A DNA stretch of 64,000 nucleotides from an uncultured Lachnospiraceae bacterium (lineage in GTDB: Bacteria; Bacillota; Clostridia; Lachnospirales; Lachnospiraceae), in contig URMK01000022.1 in NCBI GenBank assembly GCA_900548905.1, positions 34,692-98,691 of the forward strand. The letters are read 5' to 3'. Below the pieces are notes generated by a model. That model searched no databases. It worked only from the letters and a program-made list of their open reading frames with translations, and was not told the DNA's origin. A program made the position numbers and the translations under genes. The first letter of the stretch is position 1, and each line of letters opens with the position of its first letter. Below, piece by piece: positions 48,687 to 58,944 of the stretch.

Positions 48687-50084
48687 TTATTCGTTTCTTA
48701 TTGCTGCCAGAGGACTCAGCCTCATGGCTCTCAGGGACGGGAAAAATCCTGCAACCATTCCTACCAAAATGGCGAATACCAGAGATAAAAGAGCAAGCCA
48801 GGGTGGAATATAGGAAAGTGTCATCATATTTCCCATAGAAGCCACTATCTGATTAATGAGGATTGATATGGCAAAGCTGAATACCAGCCCAACAATGCCT
48901 CCTATAAATCCGATAAAACCCGCCTCCATTAAAAACATCATCTGAATATTCCTCAGATCACAGCCCAGTACCTTCATAATACCGATTTCTTTTGTCCGCT
49001 CATAAATGGACATCATCATCGTATTGGTTATTCCTATGGCGGCTACCAGGAGAGACACCGCTCCGATGCCGCCCAGCACCAGCTGTACATATCCATATTG
49101 GGTCTGCATGGCCTGCACCCATTCCGCATTGCTGGATGCCTGATATCCCATGGAATTAATTGCACTCTGTACCTCCGCCACATTTTCCATATCATCCACA
49201 TCCACATAAATGGAACTGTAATAGATTTCTTTATATGGTTTGCCTGTCTTTGTGGTGGGCTGTCCCGGTATCGCCTTGTTTTTAAATATTCGCTTCAATT
49301 CCGTTTTCAGCGCATCTATATCACAGTAAACATCATAGCTGTACCTGCTCCAGTCTTCCGGCCCGCCTTCTATCATACCGCAGGTACCAATCAGATACTT
49401 CTTGGGAGGAGGGGACTTTGCCGCAGAGGAACTGCTGTCGCCATATTTATTACTATAATAGGCGTTCGTGTCAAAAATAATAAAAATAGGATCTTTAAGC
49501 AAATCGACGTCCGGCAGTTCCCCCTTCTCATAGTAAGGATAGCTTCCAGTCCTGGAATTGGAGAAACTCTGCAGAACCATGTTCCCGTAAAAAAATTCAA
49601 GTTTTTCCGCATCTTTCTGAGGAAAAGTCCCTTCACCCAGAGGGAGTTTCATCGCTTCAAAGGCTTCGGGCGTCATTCCCTGTACCCTGAAATTCCCTTC
49701 ATAAATTCCGCTTCTGGCTATTACATCCACACTCAAAACCGGAGAAACCAGATTCACATGAGGAATCGCCTTCAGGGTTTCCACCAGTTCATCATCAAGA
49801 CGCTTTTCCTCTTCTTCCTTACCTGAAGAAGAGCTTTGCACCATCATAGCGCCGGAGGATGAGTAGGAATACCCATTACCTCCGGAAAGGTTGACGGTTA
49901 TTGCAGTGAGGCTGCCATAGGATTCCATTTCCTCCATGGACGATTTATTCAGTCCAAGTCCAAGAGAAACCATTACTACAATGGATGCCACACCAATAGT
50001 TACACCCAGTACCGTAAGCAGGGTACGCACTTTTCTTTTCCACAGGCTGCTGCTGCTTAACCGCAGCAAATCCAAAAATTTCAT
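48687..50084 (-). CDS. ABC transporter permease (MacB/FtsX family)
   Basis: RTLLTVLGVTIG, GITNTMMMSIYERTKEIGIMKVLG, PSLRA. Confidence 0.92.
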   Translation of the reverse strand: MKFLDLLRLSSSSLWKRKVRTLLTVLGVTIGVASIVVMVSLGLGLNKSSMEEMESYGSLTAITVNLSGGNGYSYSSSGAMMVQSSSSGKEEEEKRLDDELVETLKAIPHVNLVSPVLSVDVIARSGIYEGNFRVQGMTPEAFEAMKLPLGEGTFPQKDAEKLEFFYGNMVLQSFSNSRTGSYPYYEKGELPDVDLLKDPIFIIFDTNAYYSNKYGDSSSSAAKSPPPKKYLIGTCGMIEGGPEDWSRYSYDVYCDIDALKTELKRIFKNKAIPGQPTTKTGKPYKEIYYSSIYVDVDDMENVAEVQSAINSMGYQASSNAEWVQAMQTQYGYVQLVLGGIGAVSLLVAAIGITNTMMMSIYERTKEIGIMKVLGCDLRNIQMMFLMEAGFIGFIGGIVGLVFSFAISILINQIVASMGNMMTLSYIPPWLALLSLVFAILVGMVAGFFPSLRAMRLSPLAAIRNE

Positions 50085-50102
50085 ATCCGCTCCTGCCCCT
50101 GG

Positions 50103-51830
50103 TTATTCTTCATTGTCCGTGTCCAGCAGTTCTTCTTCCAGCTTCAGAGCTGCGGCTTTCTTTTTCTTTTTTCTGATTACCACGATTATTATCACGGCTG
50201 CCGCAGCTGTCACAGCAGCAGCAATGCCTATAACCAGTACGAGATTGATGCCCCCCTGGTCTTCCTGGGGAAGGTCCTCCGGCATCATGGGATCGGTATA
50301 AACCTCCTCATACACATCCAACACAAAGTTCCTTTCAAAGCTCACCACTTCTCCTGATTCATTTTCAAAGGAAATAGTCACCTTAATGGTCCCGTCGTCC
50401 GTATTGGGTGCAACAGCGGTAATCATAGAATCGACGCTTCCGGTTTCTCCCGGCTTAAGCGTTCCCAGGAAGGTGTCTCCGCCTTCAATGGAAGCCCCCT
50501 CATATTTTACCTGAAGATTATAAAAAGTGGTCTTACCTGTATTGTAAATGCTGAACATAACATTAGACTGATTGCCTACGGAAATGCTGGAAGGCATCGC
50601 CTCAATGTCGCTCGTATCATACTTCGCTTCCTGAAGCACCGGAACGGATACCTTGGCCTCATCTGTCAGGTCGATATCCTTTCCCGAGTCATATTTCATT
50701 TTTACGGTAATAACATACGGTTTCTGGGTAAGATCCGTCTTTGCCGTCATTTCAATATTAATGTCGAACTCGCTTCCGGGAGCTATTGAATCGGTATAAA
50801 CGGAACTGGAGCCTGATGTGGGAAGAAATACGGCATAAGTTGTGTTGGCCTCCGTTCCGCTTTCCACTGCCTGCATATCAAACAATACATTATTAACCGC
50901 TTTATCCCTGGAGGTATTCTTTACATGGATGGTTACCATAAAAGTATCACCGGCATATATTTCCTTGGGATTCGTTTCAAAACCGGTTACAATAATACGG
51001 GGTTTGGATTCCACCGCACCGTCATCTCCGCCGATATGGCCGGCCCCCGGTTTCCCCTGGGTATATACATAAACGGAAATGGATACCGGCTCTTCACACC
51101 TCACGCCCGCTTTTGTATACCAGATTTCAAACGTAAGCGGATAATAACCGGTCATGACATCGTCCCTTACCGTAAAATTATAGGTCAGCTCTCTTCTGGC
51201 AAACATTCCCGCTTCATAATTTCCGCCGAAGGGATTGCCCGGTATCTCGGCAAAGGACTGTACATAACCTGTCGTATCCGGTTCAAACGGCCATACCTTA
51301 ACATCATTGGAAACCACCGGCTTTACCACCAGATCCGTTAGGGTCTCACTTCCCAGATTTATAATAGGCAGAACAATGGAAACCTGCTGCCCATAGCTTA
51401 CCGACGGCGTTTCCCAGTTATTTCCCACCTGAAGGAATTCCGTTGTAGGTTTGGTTACCGACGTATCGGGCACCACTGCGTCAAGTTTAGCCTTCATCTC
51501 ACTTACATACGCCCATAGTTCGCTGACACTCATTTCCGTATTCGCTATATAATATACCGCGCTGTAAAAGGTATCGTTCAGCTTCTGAAGCGTGTACTCA
51601 TCCGGATGTGTTCTCTTCAGGATACTGTCCACATGCGCCTTCAGCTGGGCATCGGCATCCGCCCTGTCGTCGTCGGTTATTACATTGGGTGAGGAACGGT
51701 CAATTGTATTGCCGCTTGTTGCCGAGGCGGCTGCCTGCCTTACATTTCCCTGAAACGGCACTGCCGTAAGCAGCGCTATACAAGCACATGTTAAACTGAT
51801 GCTGATGATGATTTTTTTTCCTGCGTTCAT
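50103..51830 (-). CDS. Large exported protein with C-terminal TM anchor (COG1361/S-layer-like beta-rich domains)
   Basis: Signal peptide, beta-rich segments (VKNTS, IYNTGK), TM followed by RKKKKK. Confidence 0.65.
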   Translation of the reverse strand: MNAGKKIIISISLTCACIALLTAVPFQGNVRQAAASATSGNTIDRSSPNVITDDDRADADAQLKAHVDSILKRTHPDEYTLQKLNDTFYSAVYYIANTEMSVSELWAYVSEMKAKLDAVVPDTSVTKPTTEFLQVGNNWETPSVSYGQQVSIVLPIINLGSETLTDLVVKPVVSNDVKVWPFEPDTTGYVQSFAEIPGNPFGGNYEAGMFARRELTYNFTVRDDVMTGYYPLTFEIWYTKAGVRCEEPVSISVYVYTQGKPGAGHIGGDDGAVESKPRIIVTGFETNPKEIYAGDTFMVTIHVKNTSRDKAVNNVLFDMQAVESGTEANTTYAVFLPTSGSSSVYTDSIAPGSEFDINIEMTAKTDLTQKPYVITVKMKYDSGKDIDLTDEAKVSVPVLQEAKYDTSDIEAMPSSISVGNQSNVMFSIYNTGKTTFYNLQVKYEGASIEGGDTFLGTLKPGETGSVDSMITAVAPNTDDGTIKVTISFENESGEVVSFERNFVLDVYEEVYTDPMMPEDLPQEDQGGINLVLVIGIAAAVTAAAAVIIIVVIRKKKKKAAALKLEEELLDTDNEE

Positions 51831-51850
51831 TTTCTTCCCCTCTGTACTCT

Positions 51851-52573
51851 TTATGCGTTCTCTTGTATTGTCTGCCGCCTATCTTCTATCTTTACGATCT
51901 TGCCGTCAATGATATGAAAAATACGGTCGGCAAAGCTGGCCAGATAATTGTCGTGTGTAACCATGACAAGAGTCTGCTTCTGCTCCCTGACCACCTTCTG
52001 CATCAGCTCCATTACCTCCTTCGAGGTATTGGAATCCAGGTTGCCGGTAGGTTCGTCAGCAAAAATGATTTCCGGATTCACTACCAAAGCCCTTGCTACA
52101 CCCACACGCTGCTGCTGCCCGCCGGACATCTGCGTCGGCTTGTGCTTCTTGTGCTCCTTCAGTCCGACCATATCCAGAACCCTGGATGCCTTCTTCATAC
52201 GGATATCCTTATCCACTCCCTGAAACGTAAGGGGCAAAGCCACATTTTCTACCGCATTCATGGTTCCCATCAGATTAAAAGACTGGAAAATAAAACCAAT
52301 ATGTTCCCTGCGGAATTTAACCAGCTGGTTTTCCGTCTTATTCTCCATATGTTCTCCTGCTATGATAATTTCACCCTTGGTAGGTTTCTCCAGCCCTGCC
52401 AGCATATTAAGAAGGGTGGATTTACCGGAACCGGAGGTGCCTACTATAGAGCAGAATTCACCCTTGTATATTTCCAGGTTCACACCGTCAAGCGCCCGCA
52501 CATGGCTGTCACCCACCCGGTATACCTTATATAAATTCTTAACCTGAATTACAGGTTTCGCATCCGTTCCCAT
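51851..52573 (-). CDS. ABC transporter ATP-binding protein (LolD/MacB-like)
   Basis: GTSGSGKST, MSGGQQQRV, FADEPTGNLD, VTHD. Confidence 0.95.
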   Translation of the reverse strand: MGTDAKPVIQVKNLYKVYRVGDSHVRALDGVNLEIYKGEFCSIVGTSGSGKSTLLNMLAGLEKPTKGEIIIAGEHMENKTENQLVKFRREHIGFIFQSFNLMGTMNAVENVALPLTFQGVDKDIRMKKASRVLDMVGLKEHKKHKPTQMSGGQQQRVGVARALVVNPEIIFADEPTGNLDSNTSKEVMELMQKVVREQKQTLVMVTHDNYLASFADRIFHIIDGKIVKIEDRRQTIQENA

Positions 52574-52671
52574 CAATTCCTCTCAATCTGTCCTGTAAAA
52601 TTTCTGGATTTTTCCAACTCGTCCTTCGACATTATATCATACTCTTTTAGCTTTTCCTATTTAAGATTTTT

Positions 52672-53997
52672 TTAATATTCATAAACAGCTTTGTATTTTT
52701 TTACCTGGTACAGCGCCAGGAGCAGTGTGGCGCATTCTGCCGCCGGAACTGCCAGCCACAGCCCGTTTATCTCCCACAGCCAGGAAAACAGAAGAATTCC
52801 GGCAACCGTAAAACCAAATGTACGTATCATGGAAATCATCGCCGATATTTTTCCGTTGGACAAAGCCGTAAACAAAGAGGATACAAAAATATTCATTCCG
52901 GCAAAAAGATAATTGACGGAATACAATAAATATCCCTGATAGGTCAGCTCATTCGCTGACGTTCCCGGGGGAAGGAACAGGCCTACCAACGGCTTTGCCA
53001 GCAGTATGGAAGCCCCTGTCATTAAAAAGGAACACAACACCATACTTTTCATGCAGATCCGGAATACGGTTTTCAGCTGTTTCGTATTTCTGCTGCCGTA
53101 ATTGTAGCTGATTACCGGGGCGACTCCATTGGAAAATCCCAGGAAAACAGCAGTAAAAAAGAACTGGGTATACAGAACCACCGTAACTGCCGCCACGCCG
53201 TCCTCGCCGGCAAAATGCATCATCAGCAGGTTCATAAGCCAGGTAATCACGCTGGCGGCAAGATTACTGACCATTTCCGAGGAACCGTTCATACAGCTTT
53301 CCCACAACACCGCTCCCTGGTAAGATGCCTTAACCAGATATAGATCGGTCCTGGGTTTCCAAAAAAAGAAAAAGGCATATACGGGCATGATGGCATACCC
53401 AACCGCCGTCGCAAGGGCGGCCCCGCCGATGCCCCAGCCTAAAACTGCTATAAATATATAATCCAGTACCATATTTGCCAGACCGGATCCAATAGTAAGC
53501 CCCAATCCCAGGTTTGGTTTTCCTGCCGTTACAAAAAAGACTCCCAGTATTGTCTGAAGCATTTGAAACGCCATAAAAGGAAGAAGGATAACCATATATT
53601 CCTTGCAATACCCCATCAGCCTTTCACTTGCTCCCATAAGCCTTAATAAAGGATCCAGGAATGCCATACTAAAAATAGTGAATAGGATTCCAAGAACCAG
53701 GCCGAATATCAGGATCCTGGTAAAATTTTTTCTTGCATCCTCTGCCTGTCCAAATCCCAGCTGCCTTGCGATCACGGCGCTTCCGCCCGTTCCCAGCATA
53801 ATCCCCATACCTACGACCAAACCGATCAAAGGATAAACAATATTGATTGCCGACAGGGCATCCGCCCCCACAAACCGCGACACAAAAAATCCATCCACCA
53901 TAGTGTACATGGACATAAACACCATCATGATAATAGTAGGGAATGCAAATTTTAATAAAGTCCTTCCATTAAAGTTCTGTGAAATAGAATGGCTCAT
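52672..53997 (-). CDS. MATE family efflux transporter
   Basis: YTMVDGFFVS, NMVLDYIF, GAALAT, PVISYNYG. Confidence 0.92.
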   Translation of the reverse strand: MSHSISQNFNGRTLLKFAFPTIIMMVFMSMYTMVDGFFVSRFVGADALSAINIVYPLIGLVVGMGIMLGTGGSAVIARQLGFGQAEDARKNFTRILIFGLVLGILFTIFSMAFLDPLLRLMGASERLMGYCKEYMVILLPFMAFQMLQTILGVFFVTAGKPNLGLGLTIGSGLANMVLDYIFIAVLGWGIGGAALATAVGYAIMPVYAFFFFWKPRTDLYLVKASYQGAVLWESCMNGSSEMVSNLAASVITWLMNLLMMHFAGEDGVAAVTVVLYTQFFFTAVFLGFSNGVAPVISYNYGSRNTKQLKTVFRICMKSMVLCSFLMTGASILLAKPLVGLFLPPGTSANELTYQGYLLYSVNYLFAGMNIFVSSLFTALSNGKISAMISMIRTFGFTVAGILLFSWLWEINGLWLAVPAAECATLLLALYQVKKYKAVYEY

Positions 53998-54054
53998 GTT
54001 CCGTCCTCCTGTCCTGTTGCACATTAACAGGGCTTGCAAGCCCCGCAAAAGCCC

Positions 54055-54085
54055 ACTATAATGTATGGAGTAACCCCATAGTCAA
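54055..54085 (-). promoter_or_regulatory. MerR-type promoter/operator for the MATE gene
   Basis: TTGACT-N19-TATAGT with dyad TATGGGGTTACTCCATA across the spacer. Confidence 0.85.
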
Positions 54086-54147
54086 TACCTTTTTATACCC
54101 CGATGCCTCTCTCCCGGGCATCTGCAGGGTACGCCCCCGGAGGAATC

Positions 54148-54972
54148 ATGAACAATAATTCAAAACCGCTTTTCACTTCAGGTGAATTTGCCAAACTCTG
54201 TAATATTCGAAAGGACACCCTTTTCTATTATGATGAAATAGGGCTGCTGAAACCGGAAGTTACCCATAACAATGGATACCGGTATTATTCCGCCAATCAG
54301 CTTTATTTATTTGATATCATAGCAATGCTGAAGGAATGCGGCACGCCGTTAAAGGAAATCCGGGAATATATCACTTCCAGGGAACCGGCCTCCTTTCTTG
54401 CGTTAATGGAAGAAAAGGACAAGCTCCTGTCCGCGGAGCTGGAACGGCTGATGCATACCCACCGCCTGATGCGTAATACCATCACATTGACAAAGCACGC
54501 TCTTCAGACAGAATATAATGTTCCCTTCCTCAAGGCCTGTCCGGAGGAATATTTCATAGCGATGCCCTTTTCCAAAGAATATGAGGATTATGAACGGAAC
54601 CAGTCTGAAACGGTTAAAGCCCTGCTGGAATATCTGGAAGCCAATCTGCTCGGGGAGGAGTATCCGTTAGGATCCATTATTTTACAGGAAAACCTTTGCT
54701 GCGACAGCAGTGAAGAGGACTTTTACTGCAGCAAGCTTTCCGCCCCTATACAAAACCCGCTTCTCTTTGTTAAGCCGGCAGGGACCTATGCCATGCTGAA
54801 CCATAAGGGATCCTACGAAACCCTCTGCCGTTCCTATTCTGTTCTCAAGGATTACATCAAAAAATCCGGCCTTCAGATAACAGGCAATTCCTACGAACAT
54901 GAATTGCTCAACTATCTGGCGACCGGAGAATCCGATAACTATGTAATAGAAATATCCATTCAGGCCGGCTGA
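54148..54972 (+). CDS. MerR-family regulator with GyrI-like C-domain (BltR/BmrR-like)
   Basis: FTSGEFAK..TLFYYDEIGLLKP..NGYRYY; C-terminal HKGSY, YEHE, IEISI. Confidence 0.9.
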   Translation: MNNNSKPLFTSGEFAKLCNIRKDTLFYYDEIGLLKPEVTHNNGYRYYSANQLYLFDIIAMLKECGTPLKEIREYITSREPASFLALMEEKDKLLSAELERLMHTHRLMRNTITLTKHALQTEYNVPFLKACPEEYFIAMPFSKEYEDYERNQSETVKALLEYLEANLLGEEYPLGSIILQENLCCDSSEEDFYCSKLSAPIQNPLLFVKPAGTYAMLNHKGSYETLCRSYSVLKDYIKKSGLQITGNSYEHELLNYLATGESDNYVIEISIQAG

Positions 54973-54973
54973 C

Positions 54974-55567
54974 CTACCGATACAGGAAGAAACCGGCCGC
55001 CCCTGTCAGAAGCATCAGGGCAACAGGGCCGAGCCCCTTCCCTCTTCCTTTGGTAACAAAAGGTACCACTATCCGCGGAAGAAGCAAGGCCGATGCAAAA
55101 AGTACAACGCTGCTCACGTCGATGTCCCTCCAGGACAATTGACTGATGTCGGAACTTCCCCAAAAGGTAAGCAGTACAATCGTACCGGCCGCAGAAAGAA
55201 TCAGTCCCGTAGATGCCGCTTTCAATCCCTTAAGAAGCTGGGTCATATAAAAAGATCCGCCTTTTTTCCTGAAAAAAACATATAACAGCAGCGACAATAC
55301 AATTCCTCCCAACACACAGCCAGCAGTAGCGGCGGCAGCTCCCCCCGTCCCTGCCAGCTGGAAGCCTGCAAAAGTGGAAGCGTTCACAGCCAAAGGGCCC
55401 GGCGTCATCTGTGAAATCGTAATGATATCCCCAAACGTTTTTTCAGACAGCCATCCATATCGGCCTACAATTTTATCCTGTATCAGGCCGATAACCGCAT
55501 AACCTCCGCCTATGCTGAATAGCCCAATCTGAAGAAATACGCCGAACAGCTTTCCTATAATTCCCAT
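54974..55567 (-). CDS. Short-chain chromate transporter subunit
   Basis: FSIGGGY, SQMTPGP, NASTFAG. Confidence 0.88.
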   Translation of the reverse strand: MGIIGKLFGVFLQIGLFSIGGGYAVIGLIQDKIVGRYGWLSEKTFGDIITISQMTPGPLAVNASTFAGFQLAGTGGAAAATAGCVLGGIVLSLLLYVFFRKKGGSFYMTQLLKGLKAASTGLILSAAGTIVLLTFWGSSDISQLSWRDIDVSSVVLFASALLLPRIVVPFVTKGRGKGLGPVALMLLTGAAGFFLYR

Positions 55568-56163
55568 TCCTGTCCCTCCTTCACAGCCCCTGTATCTTCT
55601 TTATGTCTGCGGAAAAAGTACAACGCCTGCATAAGACTCAAGATACATCCCGCAAGCAGAGCCAATGCTGCACTTCCCTTTCCAAGAAAACAGAATATAA
55701 AAATACCGGGTATCATCAATGTAAACAGGTAATTATGTTCCCGCCATATATTCCTGCACATCCCTACTGCAGTCTCTGCAATCAGCACTGCCGCCCCGGC
55801 CTGCATGCCTTTCAGGACAGCCGCCATCACATGGTTGGCGATAAACGCCTGGTAGCTGTGCGAGATCACCGCCATAATCAGAAAAGGCGGCAGCACCGAT
55901 GCAAATGCACCGATTAGTGCACCAGCTGCTCCAGCCACACGGTAACCGGTAACCGCCGCCAGATTTACGGCAATTGCACCTGGGGCAGATTGTGATACAG
56001 CGGCCATTTCCGCCAATTCTTCCTCCCCGAACAGCTTTTTCTGCAGCACGAAATATTTCCTTATCATAGGAACGACCACATACCCTCCTCCGAAGGTAAA
56101 GGCACTGATAAACATATGAATACCCAGCAGCCATAAATACCGCTTTCTTTTCTCTCTGCCCAT
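55555..56163 (-). CDS. Short-chain chromate transporter subunit
   Basis: FTFGGGY, SQSAPGAIAVN, VLPPF. Confidence 0.88.
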   Translation of the reverse strand: MGREKRKRYLWLLGIHMFISAFTFGGGYVVVPMIRKYFVLQKKLFGEEELAEMAAVSQSAPGAIAVNLAAVTGYRVAGAAGALIGAFASVLPPFLIMAVISHSYQAFIANHVMAAVLKGMQAGAAVLIAETAVGMCRNIWREHNYLFTLMIPGIFIFCFLGKGSAALALLAGCILSLMQALYFFRRHKEDTGAVKEGQEWEL

Positions 56164-56278
56164 AAATATATCCTCCCATCCGGTTTATTATATAACTTGC
56201 CTATCCATTAGTAAAATGATATATTTTAATTAAATCTATTACTTTTATTCATTATCGCAGAACGGAGAAACAATATTC

Positions 56279-57193
56279 ATGACTATAAGGCATATGGAGA
56301 TCCTGAAGGCGGTTTCCGAAACCGGAAGCTTTACAAAAGCAGCCCGTCTTTTATACATTACACAATCCGCGGTATCTCATGCCGTACAGGAATTGGAAAC
56401 AGAAGCCGGTACTCTCCTTTTTGACCGCCTGTCCAAAACGGTCCGGCTGACGGAGGCCGGAAGTCTGCTTCTGCAGGATGTTCTCCCCATCCTGGCTTCC
56501 TGCAAAGCCCTGGAATCCAAAATCAAAAAACTGGATCAGTGCGCTCCCATACAACTTGTTTCCAGCATCACCATTGCTTCTTATTTCCTTCCGGATCCAC
56601 TCCGGCGCTTTGAAGCCGTCCACCCGGAAATCCCCGTAACCGTAAACGTGGTGAGTGCGGCAAATGCCATATTGGAGCTGCAGGCAGGGAATGCCGATCT
56701 CGCTCTTATAGAAGGGCTGCCTCCCCATGGCTCCTATCGCAGTATCCCCTTCTCCTCCTATCCCCTGCTTGCCGTCTGTGCACCGGATTATCCCCATCTC
56801 TCCCGGCCGCTTTCCCCCGCCGCTTTATGCGCAGAACGGCTTCTTCTCCGGGAAAAGGGAAGCGCTGTCCGTGATGTTTTGGACAGCGCTCTGTATCTTC
56901 ATGGCTATACTGCCTATCCCCTGTGGACAAGCGTGAATTCCCCCGCACTTATAGAAGCCGCCAGTGCAGGTCTTGGCATTGCCATATTGCCGGATATACT
57001 GGTAAAAAATGCTTTGGAAAAGGGTAGTCTGATATCTCTGGAAATCGAAGGTCTTTCCCTGGTAAATGAACTTCTTCTGGTTATGCACAGGGATAAACAT
57101 CTCTCTGCCCCGCTCTCAGAGCTTGTGAGTCTTTTGATAACGAATACAGACCGTTCAGACAAGTCAGAATTGCTGCCGCATCCGGACAATTAA
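56279..57193 (+). CDS. LysR-family regulator, divergent from the chromate transporter pair
   Basis: GSFTKAA..TQSAVSHAV..LFDR..LTEAG; REKGS. Confidence 0.93.
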   Translation: MTIRHMEILKAVSETGSFTKAARLLYITQSAVSHAVQELETEAGTLLFDRLSKTVRLTEAGSLLLQDVLPILASCKALESKIKKLDQCAPIQLVSSITIASYFLPDPLRRFEAVHPEIPVTVNVVSAANAILELQAGNADLALIEGLPPHGSYRSIPFSSYPLLAVCAPDYPHLSRPLSPAALCAERLLLREKGSAVRDVLDSALYLHGYTAYPLWTSVNSPALIEAASAGLGIAILPDILVKNALEKGSLISLEIEGLSLVNELLLVMHRDKHLSAPLSELVSLLITNTDRSDKSELLPHPDN

Positions 57194-57324
57194 ATCATTT
57201 CTTCAACAAATGTAAACCATGTCAACTTTTTTTACATGCGAAAGGGTCCTAAGAGGCCAAACAGCATCGTTTTAACCGCCCGGCAGAGCTTACCCTTCAA
57301 ACACAGGAAGGGAGGTGTCTGCTC

Positions 57325-57408
57325 ATGAAAGAGGAAATCCTCATAGCTGTAATAATGGTCTTTGTTCAGTATCTGACTGAAAGGCTGTTGGACTATTTCC
57401 TAAGTTAA
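57325..57408 (+). CDS. 27-aa hydrophobic peptide, candidate type I toxin
   Basis: GGAGGTG RBS; MKEEILIAVIMVFVQYLTERLLDYFLS; absent from the ORF track. Confidence 0.55.
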   Translation: MKEEILIAVIMVFVQYLTERLLDYFLS

Positions 57409-57444
57409 TTCCATACAGACAATCCCCTCCGGATTGCCGGAGGA

Positions 57445-57684
57445 GATCCATCAAAGCAGAATACGAATCCATACCAGTATTTTGCGGTGAAGTATATTTT
57501 TCCTTTAACTGTGCTTTAATTACGTCTTTTTCCTCCGGACTTTTGTATCCCACTCTTCTTTTGTTATTCCGGTATAAACCATCGAAGACTGGCATTCTGA
57601 ACATTCCTGGTACTCATCCGGCGTTTTATGCTCGGCACTTCCCAGGAAATGACAGTTGGGACAATAATAAGGATATCTTTTCAT
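57445..57684 (-). pseudogene. Probably frameshifted zinc-ribbon protein (3' end uncertain)
   Basis: AAGGAG RBS; MKRYPYYCPNC..CSEC..EEWDTK stops at 57520 but reads on as SPEEKDVIKAQLKEKY in another frame after an A4 run. Confidence 0.5.
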
Positions 57685-57839
57685 TATGACCGCTCCTTCT
57701 TTTGTTTGTTATGCTGCCCCAGTTATACTATATGAAAATGAATTTGTTTGATGAAATTGAGATTCCTGCATAAGTTTCTTTTCAGACTTATTACATAACT
57801 TACTATCACTTGCACATACTATCGAAAAGAGGTGATAGC

Positions 57840-57992
57840 ATGGCATCATATGTATCCCCGGAAGTTCGGGAAAAATTCGAAACATTATCCATTAATTTAA
57901 AAAATAATATATTAGAAAGAAATGTTAAAATAAATAATGTTTATGATTTGATAAACGTTCTTGAGAAAATAGTCTCTGAGGAAGAGCAATAA
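57840..57992 (+). CDS. Small hypothetical protein (50 aa)
   Basis: AGAGGTG RBS; MASYVSPEVREKFETLSINLKNNILER... Confidence 0.7.
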   Translation: MASYVSPEVREKFETLSINLKNNILERNVKINNVYDLINVLEKIVSEEEQ

Positions 57993-58185
57993 TTATGAGC
58001 TGAAAATGTATCGATACTTTGCAGACTGCATTTAAAGCTTTTCAGTAAACAACCGCTCCGGGTGTTGGGGACACCCGAAGCGTCTCCGAACGTCTCATAC
58101 TATATTTTTAGTATTATTCTGTTGTAAATTATCTGTAAATGCATTATTATGTTTATATTAAAAAATACTTATCAGGGGGAAATCT

Positions 58186-58722
58186 ATGAAAAAGAAATTA
58201 CTATCTCTTGCGCTTGTTATAATTTTAGGAATGCTTTTATGCTCGTGCTCCGGTAATTCCACCGAGAAAATGTTTGGGGTAAAACTTCCGTCAGGAAAAA
58301 AACTGGAATTATATATGAGCCGTGAAAAAGCAGAAGACATCATGAGCGATTATGAATATGAATATAATGACGTTTTTCATACATATGATTATGGGTTTAT
58401 AAGCCTAGCTTATACCGAAGGCCTTTTAACATCTATTAAAATTAGTGGAGATTCAGATGTTACATTACTAAATGGATTAGGCATTGGCAGCACCGATTAT
58501 GAAAAATATGGGTTCGAACTGGACGGGCAGCATTTTGACAGCAATATTAATTATAAACAGACTGGTGATAAATATGAACAAAACGATGCTGTTAATATCA
58601 GAGATATGGAATTTAAAGACGGAATTCAAGCATACATCAGCATTTCTAAAGAGAATAAAGAAATCACTTACATAAATATAAGTGATATATATTCTTCTGT
58701 TTTGAATAAATATGATGAGTAA
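58186..58722 (+). CDS. Hypothetical lipoprotein
   Basis: MKKKLL..LLCSC lipobox; AT-rich; terminator AAGAGGGGA-TTGC-TCCCCTCTTTT follows. Confidence 0.8.
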   Translation: MKKKLLSLALVIILGMLLCSCSGNSTEKMFGVKLPSGKKLELYMSREKAEDIMSDYEYEYNDVFHTYDYGFISLAYTEGLLTSIKISGDSDVTLLNGLGIGSTDYEKYGFELDGQHFDSNINYKQTGDKYEQNDAVNIRDMEFKDGIQAYISISKENKEITYINISDIYSSVLNKYDE

Positions 58723-58917
58723 AAGTGTTGTTTATACAAACTTTGAAACTATTTAAGAGGGGATTGCTCCCCTCTTTTATGCTCTGACGAGCTGCCCATA
58801 ACAAATTAAGCATGTGCGTATTCTACAGCACGATTCAAAAAGAAAGTATAATCCATAAACCTTCTTCTCTCTGTAGCAGAATCCCCAAAAGTGTAACACG
58901 AAATGCAACACAAAAAG

Positions 58918-58944
58918 AAAACCCCTGATAAACTCAGGGGTTTT
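58918..58944 (-). terminator. Terminator after tRNA-Leu
   Basis: AAAACCCCTGA..TCAGGGGTTTT. Confidence 0.8.
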
